From contig CAWCYD010000003.1 in assembly GCA_963799775.1 (NCBI GenBank), forward strand, positions 352,001 to 416,000: a DNA stretch of 64,000 bases, read 5' to 3'. This DNA is from an uncultured archaeon. Its GTDB lineage: Archaea > Thermoproteota > Nitrososphaeria > Nitrososphaerales > Gagatemarchaeaceae. Below, one piece after another: positions 22,323-33,338 of this stretch; position 1 is the first letter of the stretch, and each line of letters opens with the position of its first letter. The translations under genes and the position numbers were made by a program. The notes beneath the pieces are model-generated. The model was given only the letters and a program-made list of their open reading frames with translations. It had not been told where the DNA came from and did not search any database.

Positions 22323-22360
22323 GACATGTTGAGCTATTTCCGAGAAACGGTGTCAGACTG

Positions 22361-23569
22361 ATGGACAGGGCAGTGCACTCGGAACAACTTCCTGACTGCG
22401 TCTCCGACCTTCAGGTCGAGATCGTCGAGAGGAAGGGGATAGGACACCCAGACAGCATGATAGACGGAGCCTGCGAAGCGGTCTCGATCGCGCTCTCAAA
22501 GTATTACATCGACAACTTCGGCGTCATCTTCCACCACAACGTGGACAAAGGGCTCCTAGTGGGCGGCAAGTCGCACGCCGAATTCGGCGACGGGAAAGTG
22601 ATAGACCCGATCTACATCCTCGTTGCTGGTCGGGCCACCGACGTGGTCCCGATCGGGAACAAGAGAGAGGAAGTGCCCGTCGAGACGATAGCGAAAGAGG
22701 CCATAGCCAACTATCTCCGCGGGACCATGCGCTTCCTCGACCCGAAGAAGCACACCAGACTGGAGACGATGATCCGGGCCGGCTCCCCAGACCTCGTGGC
22801 GGTCTTCCTCAGGAAGCAGGCCATGCCAGTCGCCAACGACACCTCGATAGGCGTCGGTTTCGCGCCCCTTTCTGCGACAGAGAGGGTCGTGTTCGAGATA
22901 GAGCAGCTCCTCAACTCGTCGAAGTTCAAGAAGAAGTATCCGGCTGTGGGCGAGGACGTCAAGGTGATGGGCATGAGGGTCAGGAAGAAGCTCAATGTCA
23001 CGGTCGCAGCGGCGATGGTCGGGTCGCAGATCAAGGACGCGAGCGAGTACACGAGCATCGTCGACGATGTCAGGAGCGAGGTGGACGACCTTGTGGCAAA
23101 GTCACCCCTCGACGTCCATGTGAGACTCAACAGCGGCGACGACCCGAAGAGAGGGAGCTACTATCTCACAGTGACTGGCACCTCGGCGGAGCAGGGGGAC
23201 GACGGGAACACGGGCCGGGGCAACAGGGTCAACGGGCTGATCTCACCCATGCGGCAGTATTCGATGGAGGCGACCGCAGGAAAGAACCCCGTCAATCACA
23301 CTGGCAAGCTCTACAACGCGGTGGCACTCCACGCGGCAGAGCAGATCGCGGAGGAGGTCAAGGGCGTGAGGGAGGCGTACGTGAGGATACTCAGCAGGAT
23401 AGGCAGCCCGATCGACCAACCGCAGATAGCGAGCGCGGCGGTGGTCCTCGAGAAGGGGACGAAGATGTCCCGTGTCAAGGGCGAGGTCGAAGAGATACTC
23501 AACGACCAGTTGAGAGACATCAGGAACATCACGGACCTGATACTCGCAAAACGCGTCATACTGTTCTGA
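22361..23569 (+). CDS. mat: archaeal methionine adenosyltransferase
   Basis: [41 protein letters not shown]. Confidence 0.95.
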   Translation: MDRAVHSEQLPDCVSDLQVEIVERKGIGHPDSMIDGACEAVSIALSKYYIDNFGVIFHHNVDKGLLVGGKSHAEFGDGKVIDPIYILVAGRATDVVPIGNKREEVPVETIAKEAIANYLRGTMRFLDPKKHTRLETMIRAGSPDLVAVFLRKQAMPVANDTSIGVGFAPLSATERVVFEIEQLLNSSKFKKKYPAVGEDVKVMGMRVRKKLNVTVAAAMVGSQIKDASEYTSIVDDVRSEVDDLVAKSPLDVHVRLNSGDDPKRGSYYLTVTGTSAEQGDDGNTGRGNRVNGLISPMRQYSMEATAGKNPVNHTGKLYNAVALHAAEQIAEEVKGVREAYVRILSRIGSPIDQPQIASAAVVLEKGTKMSRVKGEVEEILNDQLRDIRNITDLILAKRVILF

Positions 23570-24420
23570 TTGCGGGAAATCGGCCGACACCGGTGACATA
23601 GGCCACCATCTCGTCTGTATCAGCTCGGAGCCCGTATCCGCGCTCAAAGAACTTGCCTACCGCCCCGACGTCCCTCTTGATCAGCTCCTTGGCGTTGGGG
23701 TGATCCTTGCCGGCCCATTGAGGCCAGTCTATGAGCCAAACGGACACGCCGTCCGTGAGGATGTTGTACTCGCTCAGGTCTCCGTTGATCATCCCAGCCT
23801 TCTCGTAGATCACCCTGACGGTCTCGATTATCTCCCTCAAGATCTTCTTGGCATCCACCAGGTCGGGTCGGTTCGTGAGCCTCACGCCGGGGAGCTCCTT
23901 CAGCAGGACCGTGTGCCTGTTCGTCGCGACGGCGACAGGGATGTTCTTGGTGACCCCGGCCAGCCTTGAGAGCGCGTTGAATTCCCTGTGAGCCGCTTGG
24001 TAGTTGACGTCGAGCCAGGTGTTCAGCTGCTTCGGTGAGGCGTGCCTCTTGCGCGTGACGTCGCGGAAGCTGGTCCTGCCCAGCCTGAAGAGCTTCAGAG
24101 CGTAGAGTGTCCCCTTTCTCAGACAAGACCTCGTAGACGTCCGACTCCTTCCCTTTGGCGATCAGCTTTCCCAGGGCGTTCGCGTAGTCCTTGTCCGCGT
24201 AGAACTTGAGCGCGAGGAGGTCCAGGGCCGGAACGTAGATCTCGTGAGTCCTCCCCGCGCTGATGAGCTTCCTCTTGTTCAACTCGTCGAGGCCGAAGTT
24301 CACCCGGTCCAGAGGCTGTCCCGAGACCTTCGCTATCGATTCTGCCGATGTCGTAGCCTTGCCCAATGTGCATTTCTCAAGAGCTCTGAGGGCCTGCCAC
24401 TCCTCGGGCCTGAGTTGCAT
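23556..24420 (-). CDS. RIO2-type Ser/Thr kinase, frameshift ~24105
   Basis: N-terminal wHTH, GKESDVY, NGDLSEYNI, IDWPQ. Confidence 0.88.
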
Positions 24421-24508
24421 GATGAGGGACGCCGCGATGTCTGTCGATGACAGGATTCGATGGGCCTCTTATCGACGACCTCCCTGGCGCTTCTTGAATC
24501 TTTCAGGC

Positions 24509-25589
24509 TCACTTGAGGCCTTTTCTGACCGCCTCGGAGTAGGCGTTCCAGTAGTCCTCGGAGCCTCTCGGTTCGAACCGCGAAGGCTTCGCGCTTCCCG
24601 AAGAGACCCAGAGGCCCGCGTTCCTGCGATCTCGCCCCACCTCGGCGACTACATACCCGCGGATGCCCCTCCTCCCCAGGAGGGACTTGAGCTCCTCGGT
24701 GGCTCCCGGGTTGCATGTCATGAGGAGCGTCCCCTCGCTCACCGACGTAAGCGGGTCGAGCCCGAAGAGCCCGCAAACTGCCGCGGCCTCCTCTGACACG
24801 TGGATTGCGTCTCGCCTCACGAAGATTGGTAGTCCACACGCCAGAGCGAGCTCGTCCAGGCCACCCAGCACACCGCCTTCGGTGGCATCGTGCATCGAGG
24901 TCACCTTGTCTCTGAGCCCAAACGTCGCCGCGGCCCTCGCCTCCTCGACCGTCGAACAGTCCCGGAGGAGAGACTGGGCCTTTCTGAGGAGCGGGTCTCC
25001 GATCTTCTCTCCTATCGTGGAGGGGAACGCCCGTGCGAGGATCGCGGTGGTGCCTATTGCAGCGCCCTTCGTCATGAGGACGGCGTCGCCTGGCTTCGCC
25101 ATGGCGGGCGTGACATAGGATTCTTCTTCGACCACGCTGAACATCATCCCTCCTCCGATGACCGTGTAGTCGGACCCAGGGTACCTGCCCGTGTGTCCTC
25201 CCACGATCGCTATCCCAAGCCGCTTGCATTCGTCGCTGAGAGCCGTCACATAGGCACTGACCGACTCCAGGTCCATCTTCGGCGGCAAGTTGAGGTCGAG
25301 CATGGCGTACTGGGGATCCGTCCCACTCGTCGTAAGGTCGGAGGCCAGCAGATGGATGCTCAGCCACGCGGAATCCTTCATCCCCACAGAAGGGATTATC
25401 GAGAGTGGGTCGCTGGTCACGATGACGGACCTTCTTCTCTCCGAGGGAGATCACCGCGTTGTCGAGGCCATGCCCCGGGCCCGCAAGCACCGAACTTCTC
25501 TTTGCACCTAGGTTCGCGAAGACGACCGCCTCAAGGAACTCGCGGGGGACCTTCCCCTGCTCAACTTTGGGTGCTACCTTGTCGGTCAA
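24509..25589 (-). CDS. AIR-synthase-family (HypE/ThiL/SelD-like) protein, frameshift ~25425
   Basis: GPGHGLDNAVI, SDP, IVGGHTG, MHDATEGG, SEGTLL. Confidence 0.85.
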
Positions 25590-26185
25590 TCGAGGTAGCC
25601 CAGCCGCTTGAATGTCGGACGAGCTGCGACGATGATTGCGAGGGCGACAGGTATGAAAGCCAGGTCTGCAAAAGTCGCGAGATCGGGGAGAGCGGACACC
25701 AAGCCGGAGTAGACCGTGGTCGGGGGGCCATATTGGAACAGCCCGTACGTGTAGAACAACCAGTCGGGGACGAGGAAGGCGAACGTCTCGTACACCGTCG
25801 CGACGACCATCGAGATTACGAGGTGCCTTCGCCCCTTCTTCGCGCCCCAGGCGATTAAGAGAACTTCCGGAGCCCTGGCCCAGACCATCCCGAGCGGATA
25901 GATTGGCGAGCCGCCCCGCGTAGTGATGTTGAAGAGCTCCCCTACGAATCCACCAATCGCCGTCGCCGAGAAGGCATCCCATCTGTCTGCCAGGGCAGCC
26001 AGGGCGAAGTACACCGCGGGAGCCAGGGTGATCTCGAAGACGGGCGGAGGAAGGGGAATCGCAATAATAGTGCACACGGCGATGACGGCCGAAAAGACAG
26101 CCACGAGAGCAAGCCGCTGCCTGGACGTGGGCCTGGCGGTCGCCGAAGTGTCTTCGTGAAAGGCCGACTCGGCGTACGTTCCCAT
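25586..26185 (-). CDS. ECF transporter S-component-like protein (possibly for thiamine or a precursor)
   Basis: RLALVAVFSAVIAVCTIIAIPLP plus ~6 TMs; divergent from a ThiR-like regulator. Confidence 0.65.
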   Translation of the reverse strand: MGTYAESAFHEDTSATARPTSRQRLALVAVFSAVIAVCTIIAIPLPPPVFEITLAPAVYFALAALADRWDAFSATAIGGFVGELFNITTRGGSPIYPLGMVWARAPEVLLIAWGAKKGRRHLVISMVVATVYETFAFLVPDWLFYTYGLFQYGPPTTVYSGLVSALPDLATFADLAFIPVALAIIVAARPTFKRLGYLD

Positions 26186-26232
26186 GCGGTAATCCAGTGT
26201 CATGCCCTGGATGAGATTCTTATAAACGGCCT

Positions 26233-26247
26233 CATAAGTCACTTATG
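26233..26247. promoter_or_regulatory. perfect palindrome, candidate ThiR operator
   Basis: CATAAGT-C-ACTTATG between TTATAAA box (~26220) and ATG at 26250. Confidence 0.55.
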
Positions 26248-26249
26248 GG

Positions 26250-27194
26250 ATGCACCCTCCATGCGAAATGATGGTCGACAGCTTCCTCCCTTCCATGCGA
26301 GTTCTTGTGGCGAAGAAACTAAAGGAAGACGGCCTTTCGCAAGGAAAGATCGCGAGCTTGCTCGGGCTCACTCAGGCATCCGTGAGTTCATACCTATCGA
26401 CTTCGGGTTCAAAGCAGCATGTCGCCCTGTCGGGTTTTGGGATAGGGCCAGAGGAGGCGGAGACATATGCCGCCCTCTTAGCGGATGGACCTCAAGAACA
26501 ATCCGACGTATGCTGTCGCCACCCTGTACTCTATCTGGAACCAGCTGCTCGGCGGAGGCAGCGCCTGCGCCAGCCACCGGGCCGAGTACCCTTTCCTGGC
26601 GACCTGTGACATGTGCATGAAGGTCTTCGGGCCTTACAAGAGGCGAGGGGGAGAAGCCATCGAGCAAGTCGAGGACGCTCTAAGGTCAATAGAAGGGTCC
26701 ACCCTTCTAGTTCGTGTGATGCCTGAGGTGTCCGTCAACCTCGCATACGCACCTGAAGGCGCCAAATCGACGAAAGATGTCGTCGCCATCCCCGGAAGGA
26801 TCGTCCGGGTGAAAGGGCAGGCTCGGTCGTTCATGAGGCCTGAGTTCGGCGCTTCAACCCATCTTGCCGCTATCCTCCTCGAGGTCGAGAAAGCTCAGCC
26901 CTCGCTTCGAGCCTCGATGAACCTCAGGTATGACGAGAAGATGTCGAAGTGCCCTCGAGGCGATGAAGTTGAGACTCTTGACGATGGGGCGCACCTATCC
27001 TGCCGACTCCGGAGACAAGCGTCCTCCAAGCACTCAAGAGTCTCCTTGCGTCCAAGGGCCGGGTCGCTACCTTCGAAGCTCTGGTGGACCTCGGGGGACA
27101 GGGCGTCGAGCCAAGCCTCTATCTCTTCGCTGAGGATGCGGTCAAGGTGGCGCGTCGAGCGATCGAGATAGCGAGGATCTACGCCTCGAGCTGA
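26250..27194 (+). CDS. HTH + ThiN-domain transcriptional regulator (ThiR-like), several frameshifts
   Basis: PPCEMMV...LSQGKIASLLGLTQASVSSY; MPEVSVNLAY, VVAIPGRI, PEFGASTHLA, D.G..GVEP. Confidence 0.82.
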
Positions 27195-28844
27195 GGCCGA
27201 GGGAACCTCGAGCCTCTTTCCCTTTGCCTTGCGCTCCTCGATCGCGGCCTTCATGAAGGCGAGGAAGATGGGTTCAGGAGACTCGGGTCGGCTGCAATAT
27301 TCTGGGTGATACTGTGTTCCCATGAAGAACGGGTGGCCCTTTAGCTCCAGGATCTCCGCACGCCTGCCCCCGTCGCTGAACGCAGAGAAATGCATCCCGG
27401 CATCCTCGAGCTGCTGCATGTAGCTCTGGTTCAGCTCGAACCGATGCCTGTGCCTTCCCCTCACCGTCTTGCTCTGGTAGACGTCGAACGCCTTGCTCGG
27501 CTTTAGCACGGTGATGTCGTGGCCGCCGAGCCTCATAGTCCCCCCCATGTTCGAGATGCCCTTTTGCTCCGGAAGCAGGTCTATCACAGGGTCCGCCGTC
27601 TGGGGCGCGAGCTCCGTGGAGTTGGCCTCCTTCAGGCCAAGGACGTGCCTGGAAAAGGAGACGATGGACAGCTGGAAGCCGAAGCACAGGCCCAGCAGCG
27701 GTTTCTTCTGCCTCCTGGCGTACTCGGCAGTCCAAATCTTCCCTTCCGTCCCCCTCTTTCCATAGCCCTGAGGGAGCACCACCCCGTCCGCCGAGTCCAG
27801 GATCTTCTTCGCCTGCTCGACCCTGCTGACCCCCTCGAAATCCTCCGACTCTATCCACTTTATCTCGACTCCGACCCCGTTCGCCGCGGCCGCGTGTTTG
27901 AGAGCCAGGTTGACGCTCACATAGCTGTCCATGAGCGTGACATACTTTCCGACCATCGCGATGGTCACCCAGTTCCTCTGTCTCACAAAGCGAGAGGCGA
28001 CCTCGTTCCAGTCCAGCAGGTCGGTCTTCTTCCCTCTGATGTGGAGATGGGAAGTGAGCGGCTTCATCACGCCTTCGCGAAAGAGCGCCTCGGGGACCTG
28101 GTAGATCGAGTCCACGTCGGGATTCGATATCACGCTCTGCGTCGGAACGCTCGTGAAGAGTGCCAGCTTCTCCTTCGCTTCCTGCGGCAGAGGCCTGGTC
28201 CCTCTCACCACGATGATGTCCGGTTGGATGCCTATGCGCCTCAACTCTTGTACGCTGTGCTGCGTCGGCTTGGTCTTCATCTCGCCCACCGCTCCCATCT
28301 CCGGGGCTAGCGTGACGTGGACGAAGAGCGTGTTCTCGAGGCCGTCCTCGAGCCTCATCTGTCTGAACGCTTCCAGGAAGGGGAGGCTCTCGATGTCTCC
28401 AACCGTCCCGCCGCACTCGATCACAACCACGCTTGAACCGCTGCTCGTCGTCCGCTCGCGTATCCTTCGCTTGATCTCGTCAGTGACGTGAGGGATAATC
28501 TGGACGCACTTGCCTAGGTACTTGCCCTTACGCTCGTCCTCTATGACTGCGTTGTAGACCTGGCCTGTGGTGATGTTGTCCTCCTTGCCGAGGCCCTTGT
28601 TGAGGAACCTCTCGTAGTTCCCCAGGTCCATGTCGCACTCCCCTCCATCGTCCGTCACGAAGACCTCCCCGTGAGCTATCGGATTCATGGTCCCCGCATC
28701 GAAGTTGATGTACGGGTCGACCTTCATGCAGCTCACGGTGAGGCCCGTACGCTGGAGGATTTTCGCCAAGGAGGAGGTCGTTATGCCCTTGCCGAGGCCG
28801 GACATCACCCCTCCAGTTACAAAGATGTACTTCGGCACATTCAA
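27179..28844 (-). CDS. pyrG: CTP synthase (3' end approximate; ORF-track extension to 26895 is probably a read-through artefact)
   Basis: KYIFVTGGVMSGLGKG, KTKPTQHS, GLCFG, RHRHRFE, QYHPE. Confidence 0.96.
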
Positions 28845-28970
28845 CCTACTTTGAAGATGTATATTGGTTTTGTTGTTTCAGGATAACATAGTTGCAAATG
28901 CAGACCGTCGGCAGAGCCGAGGTCAATATTTCGGCAAGACTTTTTATGCGACTTGTGAGACAATCATCCC

Positions 28971-29381
28971 ATGGCCGACGACAGGACAATCGACCTGAAC
29001 GAAAGGGCATTCGAAAAGCTCACCTGGGCTAAGAGGGAGGACGAGACCTACTCCGACGTGGTCCTTCGTCTGACTTCCACGAAACTCGAGGGCCTCCAAA
29101 GAAGGGGAGTGAAGGTGATTGTCACCAAGGACGGTCGGCGACTCGGGATAAACATCGAGCAGGGCAAGTGCTCGGGCGCCGAGAGCTGTGTGACGCTGGC
29201 GCCTGAGGTCTTCGCGCTAGACCCGGAGCAGCTTGGCCGGACCCACAACGAGCCCCTGGGGTTGCGGGACGTTATGGAAAAAGAGCTAAACAGCGAGTCG
29301 ATCATTCGTGCAGCGAAGTCCTGCCCCTACGGGGCGATCACCCTCAGAGACATGGACTCTGGCGAAGAGATCTCTCCCTGA
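28971..29381 (+). CDS. VapB/DUF217-like antitoxin domain fused to a single-cluster ferredoxin
   Basis: RTIDLNERAFEKLTWAKREDETYSDVVLRL followed by CSGAESCVTLAPEVF...AAKSCPYGAI. Confidence 0.75.
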   Translation: MADDRTIDLNERAFEKLTWAKREDETYSDVVLRLTSTKLEGLQRRGVKVIVTKDGRRLGINIEQGKCSGAESCVTLAPEVFALDPEQLGRTHNEPLGLRDVMEKELNSESIIRAAKSCPYGAITLRDMDSGEEISP

Positions 29382-29680
29382 TTGGCATCTTCACGTCTTT
29401 ATGTCATTTTCACTTTTGAAAATCGCATCCGCCCGTTAAATACTTGATTGGCCCCGTAGACCAACGAACCGGGTTGTCCAGGCAGCGGACCTCTTGCATC
29501 GGGCGTTGGAAATGATGGGCAAGGCGGCCGCATCGAATAGGGACCGGAACGCTGGATGGTGTTAGCGGCTCGGCCGATCGTGACAGCCCCGAGTTCGAGG
29601 AGTGGGCCAAGAAGAAGCTGGCGGAGATTCTCCACCTCGAGGAGGAAGAGAGGCGGGTAGGGGAATCGCCACCAGATGAG

Positions 29681-30943
29681 TTGAAGGAGATCCTTCGCCT
29701 GCTCGACTATGAAGTTGCCCCCCTCCTCGACGCATCTGGAGTGGAGATTTCGAGAGAGGAACTCGCAAGAATGTTCACGGAGTGGTTCGTGCTCAGGAAA
29801 TTCTCCGAGGCGCAGAATCCAACAACCGTGCCGACAGCTTCTCAAGATGCTCAAACGACGACCGCTTCCCCATCGCGCTTCTCCACCCGGCAGAGACTCG
29901 GAAGGATGGTACGCCCGATGAGGAGGGCGATGAGAGTGGTGGGCATACTGATAATGCTCGTTCCGCTGGTCTTCGTCCCCGCCTACTTCTTCTTGTCCAC
30001 CCAGATCCCGCCGCCCACCGCGAGCGGGACGCTTACGCTGACGCCGGCAATCCCTCTCATCGCGCCCGGTGAGAGCCAGAACTATTCTGTGCTGACTCTA
30101 ACCACGCCCACGAGGGGGACAACGTTTACGTCCCTGACAGCCTTCTCCCCCAATGGCCTCTTGTTCGGGCTGTCACAGACGGAAGTTCCCCCCGAGCCGA
30201 CAACCAACATCCCTGTCGTGATCCAAAGCTCGGCTTCTCTTGCCCTCGGGAGCTATCAGGTGACAGTGGAGGAGATGCAAGGCTCGGCGATAAGGAATCA
30301 GACTTTCACAGTTAAGGTGGTTCCTGCCCTCGTCGTAATGAAGGACGTTGCATTCGTGCCTCCAGACCTCAACGTCACGAAGGGGACTACCGTCTACTGG
30401 ATGAATCTCGATTCAACCATAGGATGCTGCGATCCGGGGTATCATGACGTCGCCTTCCTTGGTGCGGGAATGAACGTGACCTCTCCAATTCTAAAGAGGC
30501 TCGACACCTGGAGCTACACCTTCGAGACGCCGGGGAAGTTCTACTACTACTGCACGATTCACCCCTGGATGGTTGGACTCATCACAGTGAGCGCTAACGT
30601 GACATCCTCCTCGAGCGAAGCATTCGTTTCGGCCCCAGAATCTCCGACGGTGGTAACGGTCAACATCCCACCCGGCGGGTCCGACCCTAACAACGGACCT
30701 GGGTTTGCTCCCGACAAGATTACCGTAGTCATAGGGGTAAACAACACGGTGACCTGGTTCAACAACGACACTTCGCCGCACACGGTGACCTCAACGATAG
30801 TGCCCCTCGGAGCTTCGGCCTTCGACTCTGGCAACATGGTGTGGTTGACGACTTTCACCTACACGTTTACCGTCCCCGGTACATACCAATACGGGTGTAG
30901 CTACCATCCCTGGATGACAGGGACTGTCGTGGTGAAGGCTTGA
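29681..30943 (+). CDS. membrane-anchored protein with two cupredoxin (type-1 Cu) domains; frame stays open ~45 codons upstream of the listed start
   Basis: Single TM; HDV...YYCTIHPWM and HTV...YGCSYHPWM. Confidence 0.85.
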   Translation: MKEILRLLDYEVAPLLDASGVEISREELARMFTEWFVLRKFSEAQNPTTVPTASQDAQTTTASPSRFSTRQRLGRMVRPMRRAMRVVGILIMLVPLVFVPAYFFLSTQIPPPTASGTLTLTPAIPLIAPGESQNYSVLTLTTPTRGTTFTSLTAFSPNGLLFGLSQTEVPPEPTTNIPVVIQSSASLALGSYQVTVEEMQGSAIRNQTFTVKVVPALVVMKDVAFVPPDLNVTKGTTVYWMNLDSTIGCCDPGYHDVAFLGAGMNVTSPILKRLDTWSYTFETPGKFYYYCTIHPWMVGLITVSANVTSSSSEAFVSAPESPTVVTVNIPPGGSDPNNGPGFAPDKITVVIGVNNTVTWFNNDTSPHTVTSTIVPLGASAFDSGNMVWLTTFTYTFTVPGTYQYGCSYHPWMTGTVVVKA

Positions 30944-30958
30944 CGTCCGGCGTTCTGC

Positions 30959-31633
30959 CTATGCAGGCCTTCTCTTCGATGCGACCAACATTATGGTGCC
31001 GACGTTCATTTCGTGCCTCGTCACCCTGTAGCCGTATCCGTTTAGGATTGACTGCATGAAGACGAACGAGCACTCTGTGGACTCCATCCTCCTTCCAGCC
31101 CCTACAATGCCTATCTCCACGGCTTCGTCCCCTGCAGACCGGGTTAGCTTGAACTGCTTTATCGGAAGAAGCGCTGTAAAGTCTCGTGCAAGGTCTGCCA
31201 GTTGGTCGAGGTCCCTTGCGGCGATCTTGAGGACTCCCACGAGGTTGCTCCCCATCTCACTGAACATCTTGAGCAACCCCTCCTTGTCTGTCGCGTATTG
31301 CTTAGCAATCAGCTCGTCAACGAAGTCGGACGGGAGAGTAATCACATCCGCCTGCTTTAGGAGCACGACGGAGCGCCAAAACTTGTAGAGATCCGTGGGG
31401 TCTCCACCCTCCGCCGATATCTTCGATATCGCCAAAAGAGACTCGTTCGCGAAGGCAAACAGCGTCTTGTCCCTGCGCTTCGCCTCGGAGTGGAACTCCT
31501 CGAAGACATCTTGGTCTACCGAGATGTTGGTCCGCGCCACGATTGCCTTGGGGTGCTGAACGTTGGATTTAGGGATATCCTCGCTGGCGCCCCTCGGGCT
31601 GCTTTTCGTCCTCTGGGCGACCGCGTGCGTCAT
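30959..31633 (-). CDS. putative regulator (RHH-like N-terminus, V4R-like ligand-binding C-terminus)
   Basis: RTNISVDQDVFEEFHSEAKRRDKTLFAFANESL beta-alpha-alpha pattern; divergent from the respiratory operon. Confidence 0.55.
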   Translation of the reverse strand: MTHAVAQRTKSSPRGASEDIPKSNVQHPKAIVARTNISVDQDVFEEFHSEAKRRDKTLFAFANESLLAISKISAEGGDPTDLYKFWRSVVLLKQADVITLPSDFVDELIAKQYATDKEGLLKMFSEMGSNLVGVLKIAARDLDQLADLARDFTALLPIKQFKLTRSAGDEAVEIGIVGAGRRMESTECSFVFMQSILNGYGYRVTRHEMNVGTIMLVASKRRPA

Positions 31634-31712
31634 CTCAAGACCTTTTCGACGGGTTGAGATTCCTCGCGCCCGGCCCAGGCCATACCATAGGGTCTCCTGC
31701 GGCCGGTGCACC

Positions 31713-31772
31713 TATACGCGTATCCGTGCTTTTGTTAACATTTGCACAGATTTGGCCGGATGCGATTAAATA
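31713..31772. promoter_or_regulatory. divergent promoter with inverted CGYATCCG / CGGATGCG sites next to TATA-like boxes
   Basis: CGTATCCG 31719-26, CGGATGCG 31757-64, TTAAATA 31766-72. Confidence 0.5.
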
Positions 31773-31802
31773 CGTTGGGGGGCTGCTAAACGCCGAACGC
31801 TT

Positions 31803-33329
31803 ATGGTAACAATGAAAGGGAAACCGAACAGGCTGGTTCAGATGGCACTAAGCTCCTTGCTTTTTGTATCGATGCTCGTTCTCATGGTCCCGCTGGCGAC
31901 AGTGTCTGCTCAGACGCAGATCATCACAGCTACACCAGGAACGATCAACCTTGGGCTGACCACCTCAATTGCGGTCACCGGTCCCGCCGCAGGCACCTAC
32001 ACGGTCATGGTCGTCGCGCCGAGCGGGAGTTCGACTTCTCTACCCTACACGTTCACGTCCGCTGGGCAGGTTGTGACCAACGTCTACGGCAGCACGACCT
32101 CAGGCTTCGCCGTCGCGGTGACTCAGGCAGGCACGTACAACGTGTACGTGGAGCAGGGCTCGACGGTGGTCAGCACGGCTTCCTTCTACGCGACCAGCAA
32201 GCTCTTCATCACCATGGACATGGTGACGGGAGGAACCTGCGCTTACATCCTTTCAGAGCCGAGGGGCTGGAAGTTCCTCCCTAGGTTCTACGTCTACTAT
32301 GCGTCGAATCCCACCGGCACGCTCACGGGCGTAGCGGTGAACAGCACAGCGACCCCGAACTTGATTCACGACGCCAACTTTACAGTGAAGTTCACGCAAC
32401 CAGACGGCAAGACGGTCACGACGGCCTCGTGGGACGCAGGAGCGCTCCTCTACAGGGGCCTAGTGCAGCCCGCTTGGAACTACACTTTCATCGGACCATG
32501 GACGCCCACCGTCACAGCTAGTGACGCAGCGGGGAACTCGGGCACCTACACATACTCGTCTTCGGCTACAGGGCCATTCAGCATCACGGCCGCCACTCTC
32601 TCGGCAACCACCAAGGTGATCGATGCCAATACAGGCGTGCCCGTCGCGTCGATCTACGCTGGGGAGTCCGTCACCATCAGCTCCACCATCATGTATCCCA
32701 CCAATCCCGAGCCTACGTCAGGCTTCGTGACGGGTCTTGACGCCACCAATCGGGGCGGCGTGGTCAACGCCGTCGTCGGATACGGCTCTTGGAATGTCAC
32801 GGCAGGAACGTTCGGTGGCGGTGCCAAGAACCCAGGCGGCGTCATAGGGACGGTGAAACTGTCCAACACCAACGGGGTCAACGGCACGTGGACAGGAACA
32901 TTCTCCTTCCCGTCCACCCTCCCAACGCTTCCAGCAGGCGCGAGCTTCGCCGTGGCCATAGTCTCGTCAGACAAGGCCAATCCTCCCAACACTGGACTTC
33001 AGGTTACCAACATGGGACTAGCGCCGACTCCTGCGACGACCAGTGGCTCTCTCGTCATAACGACTTCGACGGTCACAGCCCCCCCATCCACCACCACGGT
33101 GGTGATATCGGGGACTCAAACCCTCTCTCCGGTGACTTCGACAGCAACGACAACGGCGACAGCAACGACAACGGTCACCGGGGCAGCTAGCACCGCGATC
33201 AGCACCTTGACCTCGACCATCTCGCAAGTCACGCAATCCATACCCACGGTAGCCTACGCCGGGATGATAGTCCTACTCATAGTGGGAGTAGTCGTCGGAC
33301 TTATAGTCAAGATGCCGAAGACCAAGTAG
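31803..33329 (+). CDS. secreted beta-rich surface (glyco)protein with Thr-rich stalk and C-terminal TM anchor
   Basis: Signal peptide, N-x-T sequons, poly-T/S linker, terminal hydrophobic helix plus basic tail. Confidence 0.8.
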   Translation: MVTMKGKPNRLVQMALSSLLFVSMLVLMVPLATVSAQTQIITATPGTINLGLTTSIAVTGPAAGTYTVMVVAPSGSSTSLPYTFTSAGQVVTNVYGSTTSGFAVAVTQAGTYNVYVEQGSTVVSTASFYATSKLFITMDMVTGGTCAYILSEPRGWKFLPRFYVYYASNPTGTLTGVAVNSTATPNLIHDANFTVKFTQPDGKTVTTASWDAGALLYRGLVQPAWNYTFIGPWTPTVTASDAAGNSGTYTYSSSATGPFSITAATLSATTKVIDANTGVPVASIYAGESVTISSTIMYPTNPEPTSGFVTGLDATNRGGVVNAVVGYGSWNVTAGTFGGGAKNPGGVIGTVKLSNTNGVNGTWTGTFSFPSTLPTLPAGASFAVAIVSSDKANPPNTGLQVTNMGLAPTPATTSGSLVITTSTVTAPPSTTTVVISGTQTLSPVTSTATTTATATTTVTGAASTAISTLTSTISQVTQSIPTVAYAGMIVLLIVGVVVGLIVKMPKTK

Positions 33330-33338
33330 GAGAGAGAC

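Noticed and set aside
26895-27200. CTP synthase with a ~100-aa C-terminal extension antisense to the ThiR-like gene
   Set aside because: The extension is simply the reverse strand of the ThiN domain; one indel would give a stop at ~27179.
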